A stretch of DNA of 63,764 nucleotides from Octopus bimaculoides. Taxonomy: Eukaryota. The stretch is from the NCBI RefSeq assembly GCF_001194135.2, contig NC_068996.1, positions 24,263,239-24,327,002 on the forward strand. The letters run 5' to 3'. The notes under the pieces are model-generated. The model was not told the origin of the DNA. It searched no databases and saw only the letters and a list, made by a program, of their open reading frames with translations. A program made the translations under genes and the position numbers. Of this stretch, positions 23,051-35,880 are shown piece after piece; the first letter of the stretch is position 1; the number at the start of each line of letters is the position of its first letter.

Positions 23051-23225
23051 TAAAAAAATGCAAAAAAAAAACAAACCAAAACAACCACCAGAACATGGGT
23101 ATTAGCAATGATGCTAAAAATACATTAATGTAGCAACAATAAAAATTACAGAGAAGATACAGGAGATGATATTATGTTATTTCTTTCTTTCTTTCTTCTT
23201 TTTGGGGGGATTTTCTTTTTCACAG

Positions 23226-23262
23226 TTATGAAGTTAATACAAGAGATATTAATATACCCAGG
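23226..23262 (+). CDS. Candidate 37-nt internal exon
   Basis: Strong acceptor ttttcttttttcacag, donor CAGG|gtatgt; two open frames (YEVNTRDINIPR or MKLIQEILIYP). Confidence 0.3.
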
Positions 23263-23287
23263 GTATGTGGACAAAGAAACCAGAAGT

Positions 23288-23323
<36 letters not shown>

Positions 23324-23971
23324 AATTTTACTTAGCTGAAATTGACATCAACACACTGTGTACATTCAGAGTTTGACTTTGCCTTTCAGAAGTGTGGGTG
23401 TGCTGAATAAAACATTTAAGTAGTAAAATACCAGTGGGGGTGACATAGTTCCAAGTCAAATGACTTCTCTAACAATAGATGAAGATTGTTGAAAGAAAGA
23501 AAAAAAAGTATCAAAATCTTCATGTTTTTAAGTTTACGTTTTTTATCGGGTTGTCACATAAAATTCATTCATTTTTTTTTTTCTCTTTCCATTTATTTTA
23601 ATCTTTTCCAATGTTTTTTGAATTAACACAAAAAATATTTTTATTGTGGTGTTTTTATTGAGTTGTCTCTTTTTTTTTTTTTTGCTTGTTTGTTTGTTTT
23701 TTTTAAGCTCTATTCTTCCACTACAACTTTTGTTTATCATCTTTGAAATTTTTTTTTTTTTTTTTGATGAGATGACTTTACTAATATACACTTTAAAAAA
23801 AATGAAAACAAGAGGGAAAAGACAAGATGGGGAAAAGAATGGGGGTGGACAAAGCAGCAGAAAATGGAGGGAGAGGGGCGGTGAACCACATAACCCGGAA
23901 CAAGTGCAGTGCTCAGCCGCACTCCGCAGTGATGACCGCAATGGCATCGTATGGGGAATGGTCAGCAACAC

Positions 23972-24048
23972 TTACTGAAGTAGCCACACCACCCTGTGGG
24001 GCTTATTTTTCCGATGGGTCTCTATTTTACAGATGATATCAGTGGTTC
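23972..24048 (-). CDS. Candidate terminal coding exon of an unidentified minus-strand gene
   Basis: Acceptor tttattctag; (G)TTDIICKIETHRKNKPHRVVWLLQ*; followed on the minus strand by UTR-like sequence with several AATAAA between about 23660 and 23590. Other readings are possible. Confidence 0.25.
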
Positions 24049-24064
24049 CTAGAATAAATTTTAC

Positions 24065-24480
24065 CTCTTTTACTCTTTTACTTGTTTCAGTCATTTGACT
24101 GCAGCCATGCTGGAGCACCACCTTTAGTTGAGCAAATCGACCCTGGGACTTATTCTTTGTAAGCCTAGTACTTATTCTATCGGCCTCTTTTGCCGAACCG
24201 CTAAGTGATGTGGACATAAACACACCAGCATCGGTGGTCAAGCAATGCTAGGGGGACAAACACAGACACACAAACACAAACACACACATATATATATATA
24301 TATATATGCATATATACGACGGGCTTCTTTCAGTTTCCGTCTGCCAAATCCACTCACAAGGTTTTGATCAGCCCAAGGCTATAGTAGAAGACACTTGCCC
24401 AAGATGCCACGCAGTGGGACTGAACCCAGAATCATGTGGTTGGTAAGCTAGCTACTTACCACACAGCCACTCCTGTGCCT
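24065..24480 (-). mobile_element. S1 SINE, full length
   Basis: Complete head, CORE-like block, internal (CA)/(TA) and (aagagt) tail. Confidence 0.92.
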
Positions 24481-24748
24481 CTTTTTAAGATATAAGGCAA
24501 TGGAGTACCAAGTAGAAAAAGAAAAAACAAATTTATGTGGCAAACTCAATAGTTTAGTCAGGAGAGAAGGCAGTACCTGTAACCAGTCTACTTGGTAGGG
24601 TTAATCTATTGCATAGTTTAACACTACAACTTCATACCTTTAGTGGAATCCATTCTGTTAGGTGCATTCATGCTTGATTGGAAGAAACCTTCTTCCATCC
24701 CTCCTTCCCTTTCTCCAATCTCAGAGATCCTGTAAAAAGTCACAGGTA

Positions 24749-24815
24749 GTATGTATGTATGTATGTATGTATGTATGTATGTATGTATGTATGTATGTAT
24801 GTATGTATGTATGCA
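24749..24815. repeat. (TATG)n microsatellite
   Basis: Directly visible. Confidence 0.95.
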
Positions 24816-25195
24816 TACATGTATGTGTGTATGTATATATATTTTGTTTTTGTATCTGGTTTGCAAGATTCTTTATGGGAACTTGTGTGTTGAAACAAAT
24901 TTTGTTGAATCTAGAGTGAGTCATTATGCCAATACTATTAATACATTCACACTAGTTCAACTCCACTCCTTTATTAATAGTCAGTTGGTTAAAAATCCAG
25001 CTAATTGATTGATTGTTTAATTTGGTTAAACAGTAAGTTATTTGGGGTTTTTTCTGTCAAATCTCTTTCATTGCTACTTACAACTTTGTCAATGACTTTC
25101 TTCTTAGTCTGTTATGGAGGTCACATTTGTCTGCTTGAGATTTTGCTGTATGCATGTGTGCACGCCAGTGTGTGCTTACATATGTATGTATGCAT

Positions 25196-25311
25196 GTCAT
25201 TATTCAGTTTATTTCAAGATTTCTTGCCAATAGAGAAAGAACCATTTTCTAACCTAGATCCAAGGCTCCTTCATTGGAACTCCAACATCAACAACAGAGT
25301 ATGTATGTATG

Positions 25312-25345
<34 letters not shown>

Positions 25346-26260
25346 TGTATGTATGTATGTGAAAATGTGTATGTTTTATGTATGTATTGTCATGCATATA
25401 GTTGCATATCTAGACTACTCATATATATTTAAACAATAAACTTCTGTAAAGTTTTACAGATTTTTACAGTTCCAGTGATGAATTGGATCTTTAACCTTCA
25501 AATTAACTTTTCCCTTTCTGGTTTTGAGAAGCCTAATTTCTCAAGATTGGTATTTAGGCAGTGTATTACATATCCCAGGGCCCCAATAATTATAGGTATA
25601 AACCTGAACTTGTAATCTGGATAAAGTAACTGTAGATTTCTCAATAGTTCAACATAGGTGTTCTATTTTCACTAATCTTCTGCTTTATGTTAGCATCTGC
25701 TGGGCAGCTAATTTCCCCAATGGTGCACAGTTTCTCTTCTTTATCCCAAATCATTGTATCAGGTCTGTTGTGCTTACACTTTATTGAGGTCTTCACTGGG
25801 ACATTCCACCAGTACTCCTTTTTATTATGAGTGGTTATGGCTTCCACCATACTGTAGATTCTTATTTCTTTGTCCTCAGGGTTATCCTTCCAATGGATTT
25901 CATTATAGAGTGTCCTAGCTACAATGTCATGTCTCATTGGTAGATAATACCATGATGACATTTTTTGTCACGTTTTATTGCTTTTCCTGCATCTCTGTCC
26001 CTTTTGTACATCAGGTACTTGGTTGACATTTCCTGTTCCTGGATTGCAAACGCATACTCTTCAAAGTGGGACGTAGTAATCCAGCTATTGGTCCATGACA
26101 AACTGCTTTGATGATCATGGAGCTTTCTAGTAACATGTCCATGCCTGATCTTCTGCTCATATAGGCTCATCCTTTCATCTGATGATATGTTGCAGTAGAG
26201 TCATGCAATTTATTTTGGCATGTATTCTAGGTTAACAGATAAAGAGTGTTGCTCAAGGAG
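25196..26260 (-). mobile_element. R4/Dong-type LINE, 5'-truncated, inserted in (CATA)n
   Basis: TSHFEEYAFAIQEQE; RHDIVARTLYNEI; HNRPDTMIWDKEEKLCTIGEISCPADANIKQKISE; TYVELLRNLQLLYPDYKFRFIPIIIGALG. CATA repeats on both sides. Confidence 0.9.
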
Positions 26261-26319
26261 CTGCCTTCCAAGTCTTATGGTATGTATGTATGTATGTATG
26301 TATGTATGTATGTATGTAT

Positions 26320-26600
26320 GAATGTACTCAGTTTCTCTTCTCTCTCCCAAATCATTATACCAGGTCTGTTGTGCTTACATTTTATTGAGGTCTTCACTGG
26401 TATATTCCACCAGTATTCCTTGTCATTATGAGTGGCTACGGCTTCTACCATATTTTGTGGGTATTATAGAAATATTGTTTGCAGAGTTATTATATAACAA
26501 AACAAAAATCCAGAAAATGTTTTCATATTATTTATTCACCATTATACATGTTTCATTTGCTAATGGAAATAACATAACTGTACATGTTGGATAAATATGT
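26320..26600 (-). mobile_element. Second internal fragment of the same R4 family, between (CATA)n tracts
   Basis: VEAVATHNDKEYWWNIPVKTSIKCKHNRPGIMIWEREEKL is paralogous to the 25.8-kb copy. Confidence 0.85.
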
Positions 26601-26634
26601 AAGAAAACATATGATATGTATGTATGTATGTATT

Positions 26635-26879
<245 letters not shown>

Positions 26880-26880
<1 letters not shown>

Positions 26881-27600
26881 CAGTAGTTTTATTTTTATAA
26901 CGTGCTTTCACTTCACTACCGAGCACAGCTCTGTGTGCCTTGGGTATGTGCTGTGGTTTGCTGTGGTGCTCTTATGGTTACNNNNNNNNNNNNNNNNNNN
27001 NNNNNNNNNNNNNNNNNNNNNNNNNNNNNNNNNNNNNNNNNNNNNNNNNNNNNNNNNNNNNNNNNNNNNNNNNNNNNNNNNNNNNNNNNNNNNNNNNNNN
27101 NNNNNNNNNNNNNNNNNNNNNNNNNNNNNNNNNNNNNNNNNNNNNNNNNNNNNNNNNNNNNNNNNNNNNNNNNNNNNNNNNNNNNNNNNNNNNNNNNNNN
27201 NNNNNNNNNNNNNNNNNNNNNNNNNNNNNNNNNNNNNNNNNNNNNNNNNNNNNNNNNNNNNNNNNNTATTTCCAGGTCTTTGTATTTTGAAAGGTTTTCC
27301 ATTTCTTTTAGGGAAACGTTGTCATCTGCTGGTATTGATACATCAATTAGAAAGCATTTTTTTCCTTCATGATCTTTTGACAACTATATCTGGTCTATTT
27401 GCCTTAATTTCTCTATCTGTGTGTATTGGCATATCCCAGAGTATGGTTGCTTTCTTGTTTTCTGTGACCTTTTCTGGCGTGTGTTTATACCATCTTTTTT
27501 CTGTTGTTATTCCATAGTGTTGGCATAGTTTCCAGTGTATATAGGTCCCAGCTCTGTCTTGGCACAAACTGATTAGATTTTGGGATCAATCTGGTACCGG
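26880..27600 (-). mobile_element. Dong/R4-type LINE, 5'-truncated, 3' end abutting (AAT/AAC)n
   Basis: DRAGTYIHWKLCQHYGI...WYKHTPEKVTEN...ILWDMPIHTDREIKANRPDIVV; KCFLIDVSIPADDNVSLKEMENLSKYKDLEI. Confidence 0.9.
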
Positions 27601-28002
27601 ACAAGGATTCTGGATTTTTAAAATATTTTCTTTACTTTACATGTATATGTAAAGTTTTACATAGTTCTCTTGTACATGCACACACATACACACACATATT
27701 TTCAGCATTAAACATTACCATCCCATTTCCATTGTACACACGCACACACACACACACACATCACACATGTATGCGAACATACCTCTCTTTTACACACACA
27801 TATACTCACACTTCAAATACCGTTTATCGGCTTTTTCACTCCTTTCTTCATTATTCATCTATCACCCCTTCCTTTCTCATTCATACGACGCTGTCTTTAC
27901 CATTTATCTCCTTTACCTTCACCTCTCACTGCAGCACTATTACGATGAACGGGAACGTGAAACGCTGAGTAACAGTTTTTTGTTATATTTCTGCTGTTTT
28001 TA

Positions 28003-28355
28003 AATAAAGCATATTACTCTACCTCTGGTATTTGAGTACTCTTTTTTCCGATTTTCGAGCGAGATCGTTGCCAGTGCTGCTGGACTGGCTCCTGTGCAGG
28101 TGGCATGTAAAAGACACCATTTCGAGTGTGGCCGTTGCCAGTACCGCCTGACTGGCCTTCATGTGGGTGGCACGTGAAAGCACCCACTACACTCTCTGAG
28201 TGGTTGGCATTAGGAAGGGCATCCAGTTGTAGAAACTCTGTCAAATCAGATTGGAGCCTTGTGTAGCAATCTGGTTTCACCAGTCCTCAGGCAAATCGTC
28301 CAACCCATGCTAGCATGGAAAGCAGACGTTAAACGATGATGATGATGATGATGAT
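28003..28355 (+). mobile_element. Young RTE 3' end with internal subrepeats and (GAT)n tail
   Basis: Same tail as the 9151 and 37093 copies. Confidence 0.9.
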
Positions 28356-28459
28356 ATAGGTTTTTGTTTCAGATATTCTCATTTTAAAAATCATCTCCAG
28401 TTAATCATTGAGAGGATGTTGGTGTTGAATTGGCGAAAGTTTGCACTCTCTGAGTGCTC

Positions 28460-28491
<32 letters not shown>

Positions 28492-28740
28492 GCTATCATT
28501 ACTTCTGTTGTCATTGTTTCCGTTAGTTTTGAGTTTCTACTACATTCATCGTTTCTCTGAAGGTACATGCAGTATAGCATTTTGGAGATGCTGACCCATG
28601 GCTCATGCTGCAGAGGTGAAATGGCTGGGTGAATAACACATATTTGAATGAGTTCTAGACATCATTGTGATATTTGTACTGTTACAACTGACAAAAGAAC
28701 CATTCTATTTTATGTATTAACATTTAGATTAGATTTTCAG

Positions 28741-28873
28741 AAATAAAGTTAAAGACTTGTTAGAAAAATCTGACATCACAAAACATCTGAGAATTAAGTT
28801 CATATGTTGTAATATAGCAAATGAGTTTGAAGAAAATGAAAAAGTGGCATTTTATGATAAGGGAATTTGTTAA
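28741..28873 (+). CDS. Candidate (terminal) exon of an unidentified gene
   Basis: Acceptor agattttcag; open frame NKVKDLLEKSDITKHLRIKFICCNIANEFEENEKVAFYDKGIC*; followed by ~600 bp of AT-rich unique sequence containing AATAAA. Confidence 0.4.
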
Positions 28874-29511
28874 TTAGAATAAATGATTGTGGCAAACAAA
28901 CTTAAAAAAAGAAAAAAAATACCTGATTTTGAAATTTTTCATTTAAAGAACAAATTTCAAAGAAGCTGAAGAAAATTCTTTATAAATTCTTTCTGTAATG
29001 GTATTGATTATTTCTGTGGAGAAAGTAAGAAGAATTTGCCTTATTGCTGCAAAAATTGGAAGAAGTCATTTACAGTGTATTGCAATATGTTACCTTTTCT
29101 CCAAGCTACCGGCTTTTTCTATGATTGGTCAATGAATTTGGAGCATTCAATTTTAGATAATAATTATCTACAACTGTGTGTTCTTTACTTATTATGATGG
29201 AATTATCATACAAGAGTCTTATTCTTTATTTTCTCATTAATTTTTTTCCTCATGAATGAATTCTAAATAAATTTTGGAAAGTAATGTTTAGCAAAAAGAA
29301 AAAGAATATGCTAATGAAAGCATCATGTAGGAGGAATTTTACCCATAATTCCGATTTTACATTAGCATAGGAAGATTCTTTTATTTGGCAGCATATTTAA
29401 TCAATTATGCTTTCACTTTTGAAATAACTTAAAAGCAAATATATTAATGATAATTAAAATGAAATAAAAATGAAATACAAAGAAATACTTCTATATTTTG
29501 GAAAAACATCT

Positions 29512-31780
29512 CCAAAGAAAGATACTTGGAGATGCCACTGTGAAAGGTTGCTAAATAAAGAGAATGAATGGAAGAAAGAGAGTCTGCCAAATGTTGACCC
29601 AACAGAGGGACCAGCTATCCGAATTGAGAGTACTTTGGTAGATAAACAGCTAAGGATATAAAAACAGGGAAAGCCTTAAGACCATCAGGAATCACTACTG
29701 AGATGCTTAAAATATTTTGTGGTGTAGGCTATAGTCTAGTCGCCCATATAATTAACCTGGTAATACACAAAGGAGTCATACCTTTGTGACTGGTGATGCC
29801 TTAGATAGAAATAATTACAGAGGTATCAAATTGTTGGATCAGGTTATGAAGGTCACGGAGAGGGTCATAGCCCAACTAATCAGGGACAAAGTAAGCCTAG
29901 AGGAGATGCAGTTTGGTTTTTGTGCCAGGGAAAAGCACCACTGATGCTATATTTCTGGTAAGACAGTTGCAGGAGAAATTCCTAGCCAAAGATAAACCTC
30001 TGTACCTGGCTTTCATTGACATGCAGAAAGCCTTTGACAGAGTCCCTCAATTCAATGTGGAAACTGAGGATAGATGAGTGGTTGGTGAGAGCTGTACAAG
30101 CCATGTACAGGGATGCTGTCAGTAAGATGAGGGTTGGCAATGAATATAGCAAAGAATTCAGGGTACAAATAGAGATTCACCAAGGATCAATCCTCAGCCC
30201 CCTCTTGTTCATCATAGTCCTCCAGGCAATAACAGATGAATTCAAGACAGGATGCCCCTGGGTGCTCTTCTGTGCTGATGACCTGGCCCTCATAGCAGAA
30301 TCACTACCAGAACTAGAGATGAAGTTTCAGGTGTGGAAGCAAGGATTAGAATCAAAAGGCTTTAGAGTTAACCTAGCAAAAACCAAAATCTTAGTAAGTA
30401 GGAAAGCAGATAAATCTCAAATCCCTTCATGTAGATGGCCCTACTCAATCTGTGGAAAAGGTGTAGGTAGAAACTCCATAAGATGTGCCCAGTGTAAGTT
30501 ATGGATACATAAAAGGTGTAGCAATATCAGAGGAAGGTACCAAGGAAGGTGCACAGGTACAATAAACACCAAAAATGTACAGAAAATAGATTCCATTACA
30601 TGCCAGGGGAGGCACATGGCCTAATGGTTAGAGCAGTGGACTTGCGGTCAAGGGATTGCAGGTTTGAATCTCAGACTGGGCGATGTGTGTGGAGGCACAT
30701 GGCCTATTGGTTAGAGCCACAGACTCACAGGTTTGAATCTCAGACCAAGCAATGTGTGTGCTTATGAGTGAAACACCTAAGCTCCACATGGCTCTGGCAG
30801 AAGGTAATGGTGAACTTCTGCTGACTCTTTTACCATAACTTTCTCTCACTCTTTGCTCTTGCATCTAGCAGCTCACCTGCAATGGACCAGCATCCCGTCC
30901 AGGTGGGGAACCTATATGCCAATGTAACTGGGAAACTGACCCTTATGAGCCAGACATGGCTTGAGAAGGAACAACCAACACATACCAGTGGAAAAAACTA
31001 GAAGCAGTCAGTAGCTTCCGTTACTTAGGTGACAAAGTCAGTAGCAGGGGTGGATGCTCTGAGAGCATAGCTGCTAAAATAAGAATAGGCTGGGCAAAGT
31101 TCAGAGAGCTCCTACCTCTGCTGGTAACAAAGGGCCTCTTGCTCAGAGTGAAAGGCAGACTGTATGATGCCTGTGTGTGACCAACCATGCTACATGGCAA
31201 TGAAACATGGGCTGTGAGTGCTGAGAACATGCGTAGGCTTGTAAGCAATGAAGCTAGTATGCTTCGCTGGATGTGTAGTGTCAGTGTGCATGCAGGACAG
31301 AGTGTAAATGTCGTGAGAAAAAAAAGTTGGACATATGAAGCATCATATGGTGTGCAAGAAAGACGACTGCACTGGTATGGTCATGTGATGCATATGGATG
31401 AGGAGAGCTGTATGAAGAAGTGTTGCACTCTAATGGTGGAGGGAACCTGTGGAAGAGGTAGACCCAGGAAGACTTGGGACGAGGTGGTGAAGAACAATCT
31501 TTGAATGTTGGGCCTCACAGAGGCAATGACTAGTGACTGAAACCTCTGGAGATATGCTGTGCGTGAGCTCAATGCCTCAAGCCAAGTGTGATTATAGTCA
31601 GGGCTGATGCCAGTGTCACATAACTGGCCTGTTAAAAGCACCCTTAAAATTTTGGGTGATATGCTGTGCATGTGAAAACCTGTCAACCCAAGTGAAATCA
31701 TAGTCATGGCCAATGCCAGTGCTGTCTGACTGGCACCCGTACCTGTGGCACTTAAAAAACACCATTCAAACGTTGGGCCT
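29512..31780 (+). mobile_element. RTE-group LINE, 5'-truncated RT with Cys-rich insert plus 3' UTR; interrupted by a SINE
   Basis: NYRGIKLLDQVMKV; QFGF...STTDAIFLVRQLQEK; AFIDMQKAFDRV; QGSILSPLLF; ADDLALIAES; CGKGVGRNSIRCAQCKLWIHKRCS; FRYLGD; RLHWYGHV; GRGRPRKTW. Confidence 0.95.
30608..30979 (+). mobile_element. Family C-related SINE with duplicated tRNA head and a different 3' tail, inserted in the RTE ORF
   Basis: Two tandem heads (ggaggcacatggccta...) at about 30608 and 30690; TSD-like acatgccag (30598) / acataccag (30980); the RTE frame resumes after it. Confidence 0.85.
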
Positions 31781-32239
31781 CATTTGAATGAAAATGTATT
31801 ACATTATATTATTATGATACATTATATCTTTTTATACAACCATGATAGTGAGTTGTCAAATGTTCATTGTCATTTTTTTGTGTGTGTATGTGGGAGCTTT
31901 ATGAGATTTTCCATTTGTTTTAATCCTTTCCAGTGTTATTTGAATTGATACAAAAAATATTTTTATCATTCTTGATGTTCTATGGATTTTGTAGCTCTAT
32001 TCTTTCTCTTTTCTTCTTTTAATTGGAATAATTTTTACCTCTTCTCAGATATATAACAATGGAGTGCCAAGTAGGAAAGAAAAAAAAATGAATTTATCTA
32101 ATAACCTAATTCATCTAATTCATTATATCTGATTGGTTAATGAAGATGAGACTCTTTTACTCTCTTTATTCTTTTAATGGTTTCAGTCAGAGGAATGTGA
32201 CCATGCTGGAGTACCACCTTAAATTATTTTCTATCAGTT

Positions 32240-35200
32240 TTGTTGTTGTTGTATGGCTGGAAGTTGATCTATAACTAAATCTGTAATAACTGATCTTCCC
32301 TAAGTATATCCTTGAATGATTGACTGGTTGGGTACCATTGTTAGGAGTTTATCCAATGTTTTTTAAATGTTTCACTAGAGGTCCCTTTATATTTCTGATT
32401 TTTGTAGGTAGGTAGTTGAACAGTTGAGCACCTCTAAATATCAAACTGGTACAAGAGAATGTTTTTGCTTGTGATTTCAAAAGTGGTTATTTGGAAGCTG
32501 ACAGTTCATATATTAAAACACTCTCTAATGCTGAAGTTTGGAACATGCTCTCAAGGATTTTTCATAAGTATTCAGCATTCAAAAGAATAGAGACACAGAG
32601 CTTTAAAACTTCCCTACTAGTTAATGTTTTTAACTGAAGTTATTCCACTAGTGACTGTTCTTTGTAACCCTTCAATTTCTATTGTGAAATTGGATGAGTT
32701 AAGAGACCAAGGCTGCTAGCAGTAATCTAATCTGTTCAGAACTAGGGTTTTCTATAGAATTAGCATAACTTCCAGATCTTTTGTCATAAAGCTTCATAGG
32801 ATCCATCCTATGAGATGTCTGCATTCAGAGGTCAGTTTGGTGATGTGGCTGATGAAAGATGCATCATTTGACACGATTACTCCTAAGTCCTGAATATCAT
32901 TAATGCTCTGAATCACTGTGTTATCATTGTGTTCCCTTCTTAATGAAGAACCTGAAATTTTGATGAATTAAATTTCATATTGTTTTCATCTGCCCATTTA
33001 TAAATGAGGTTCAGCTCATTTGGGAGTGTGACAGTATCTTTGATAGTTTAGATAGCCATCAATATTTTTACATCAGCATAACTCATTAGGTTGACTGAGT
33101 ACACCTGTGACCCTATACTTGATAGTGTGATAATAAATAATAATGGTCCTAGAACCATTCCATGAGGTATGCCACTTATTACAAGTGACTTAGCAGAGAG
33201 AAAACTATTTGCTGTAATACATTGATTTCTACCACATAGGAAGTCAAAGAATCATTCTCCAAGTTTTCTTGTGCTACCAAGATCCCTTATCTTATGACAA
33301 ATGATTCAATGATTAATCTTGTCAAACATCTTAGCAAAATCAAGGTATATACAGTCAGTGTCCTTTCCTCTCAAGAGATTATTGAGGATAGTGTTATGAT
33401 GCAGTAATAGTTGTGACAGGCAACTTTGTCCAGTTTGAAAATTATGATTGTGTCATCTAAGAAGTTGTTTTCCCCAAGGTATGCAATTATTCTTTTTCAG
33501 ACAATGGATTTGATAATTTTATAATCTTAATTGTGTGAGTAGTGAGAGAAATAGGTCTGTAATTTTTAGCTTCAGCCCTGTTACCTCCTTTGTACATATG
33601 TGCTATTGTTGAATCTTTCAGTAGTTCTGGGGAATATGCTGGTATCTAGCAACTTTTGAAATAGTATCTTTAATAGTTTCATGAGGCTGTTTTTGGACAT
33701 GTTTGACAGTATGACTGTGAGACCATCTGGTCCAGATGCTGTTTGAATCTAGTTTGAATGAGTTTGAATTTAGGTCATTAATAGACATAAATATATCATC
33801 CTCCATAATATTGTTAAATTTTAGATGTGTCTCTGCAGATGAGTTCTAGGGATCAAAGAATTCATTTGGCATGTGTACTATTTTTATTAACAATAGGCTG
33901 GGAAAATGCATTGTTATATTGTTGACTCAAAATTCATTGTAATATTGTTGACTCAAAAGCATGCATATTTGTGATGAGTCATTGGTGTATGATCCATTTT
34001 GATCCAATAGCAGGCCAATCTGGTTATGTGTAGCTGATTTTTGCTTAGCAAAATGAAAAAAAACTAAGAAATAGATTTTATATTTTCCACTGACCAGTGT
34101 TCCCCTAACAAAGTTTCTTTTCCAAAAATTAGTTTAAGGTCCAGTTTGATGTCCATTCTTTTCTTTTCTTTACTTTTTTTTTTCCTCAATTTCATCTGTT
34201 GAAAGATTTTGGTCTTCTAGTTGTTTTGTTAATTTGGTTCTGTAATGCATTAGTATCCATCTATCTCATGGAATCAAGTTCTTGGGAGAATAGGCATAGT
34301 TATATGGAGTATGCTTTCAGCAGATCCTGATTGATTCTTTGTGTAGAAACTTCATTCCCTCGTTAACATTGAGGTTGCCAATATTTTGGGACCAGTTTCT
34401 TTTGAGGATTTCAGTTTCAATTTCCTTCCCCTTCCTGAAATTCAAGTTCATGGGGAATGAGTCATGTTTAATGTTATTTGTGTATGTTGCCCTCTTTGAA
34501 CTATATACAGATAATTGTACTATGGTGTGGTCAGCAATAGCTGTGGAAATGACCAGAGCATTGTGAATGAAATCTGTATCTGTCCACTATTTATTTGTGG
34601 CGGAACAGTCCACCTCTCTCATTCGGGGGTGTCCTCCACAACAACTTATGAGTGACAAAGCATCTCTGAAGCAATTTCCATGGTTACCTGTGTCAGGAGG
34701 ATGGTAGGTAATGCCTATGATCAAACAGAGGTTGGTCACATGCGTTATTAGTGTATCATACATTGTGTTGGAGTAGGCGGGAAGAACATTTGTTATTTGG
34801 TCTTTGCAGATGAAAAGTGCTACTCTTACTTGTTTCCATACCCTGTGATCAGTTCTGTGTAGAACATAACCTGACATATGTACTTCCACATCTAATATGT
34901 CTGGGGTCAGGTGGATTTCACTAAGTGCTACACATATCGTCTTTCCTCTGTTTGCAAGGTCTCTAATATATGATATTTTTGTTCGATTTGTGAAGTGTAA
35001 GAGATTTTGTACATTCTGCATTATTACTGAGTTCAGTTTGTGGGTTAATGACAGCAATGGTATGTAGTTGTGTACTGGGGTAACAACTGTAGTTAGAGTT
35101 ATGTGAGAACTAAAAGGATTTAAAAAAAAAATTTTTTTGTCAGATTCATCATGGCTAAAAAAGAATTTTTATGTTTTTGGAGGAGTTGTTGACTTGAGAT

Positions 35201-35600
35201 GCTATGGTTGCACTGTTGAATACTGTTATAGTTATATGGTTTGTAGATGTTGATTTTACTATTGTACTCAGTAGATATCTGGGTGACCTTTAAATTTCAT
35301 TGAAAGACTGGACCAGTACTGCTACTGTAAGAGATGTTTCTACTGTGGATATGGTGGTGGCTTGGAGTTAAGCTTTTAACAGTGCATCAAGTCCCTGGAA
35401 GATGAGTGAAGGGACAGTCATGCATCAGACATAATCTTTTGTGTTGGGAAAAGCGACAGATTTTAGGATTCTGGATTACACATGTTGAAGCTATTTAGTG
35501 TGATTTAGTATTTAGCGATGATGGTGGTGTTGTAAGATGTGTGCTTTGACATTGGCTAGTATTGCTTGTATTAATATACCAGGTAAATGGGTGAAGTTGC
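32240..35600 (-). mobile_element. Near full-length decayed CR1-type LINE (ORF1 Cys/His remnant, APE, RT, C-terminus, (CAA)n tail)
   Basis: APE: ALSEIHLTPDILD...GYVLHRTDH, YHPP. RT: SGIPHGMVLGPLLF...SYAD. C-terminus: RGAQLFNYLP..IRNI. ORF1-like: NPKICRFSQHKRLCLMHDCPFTHLPGT. Confidence 0.85.
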
Positions 35601-35754
35601 AGTCACTATATATGTATAGTCTATCACACTGAGAATAGCAGCAATATCTTTGGGTTTCGTGTGTTCACGGTTTTTACTTTATTTACAGTCAGTAGATTTA
35701 TCATGGAGCTGTGAGGTATACATGCAAATTGAGGTGGACAATGACAGGGAAGAA

Positions 35755-35758
35755 AGTA

Positions 35759-35836
<78 letters not shown>

Positions 35837-35880
35837 ATGGTGGTGGTGGTGGTGGTTGTGGTGGTTGTGGTGGTTGTGGT
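35755..35880. repeat. (TAG)n/(TGG)n microsatellite
   Basis: Directly visible. Confidence 0.95.

Noticed and set aside
23900-23975. AECG-TGA as a selenocysteine motif
   Set aside because: It matches no selenoprotein family I recognise, no SECIS is evident, and an ordinary stop is more likely.
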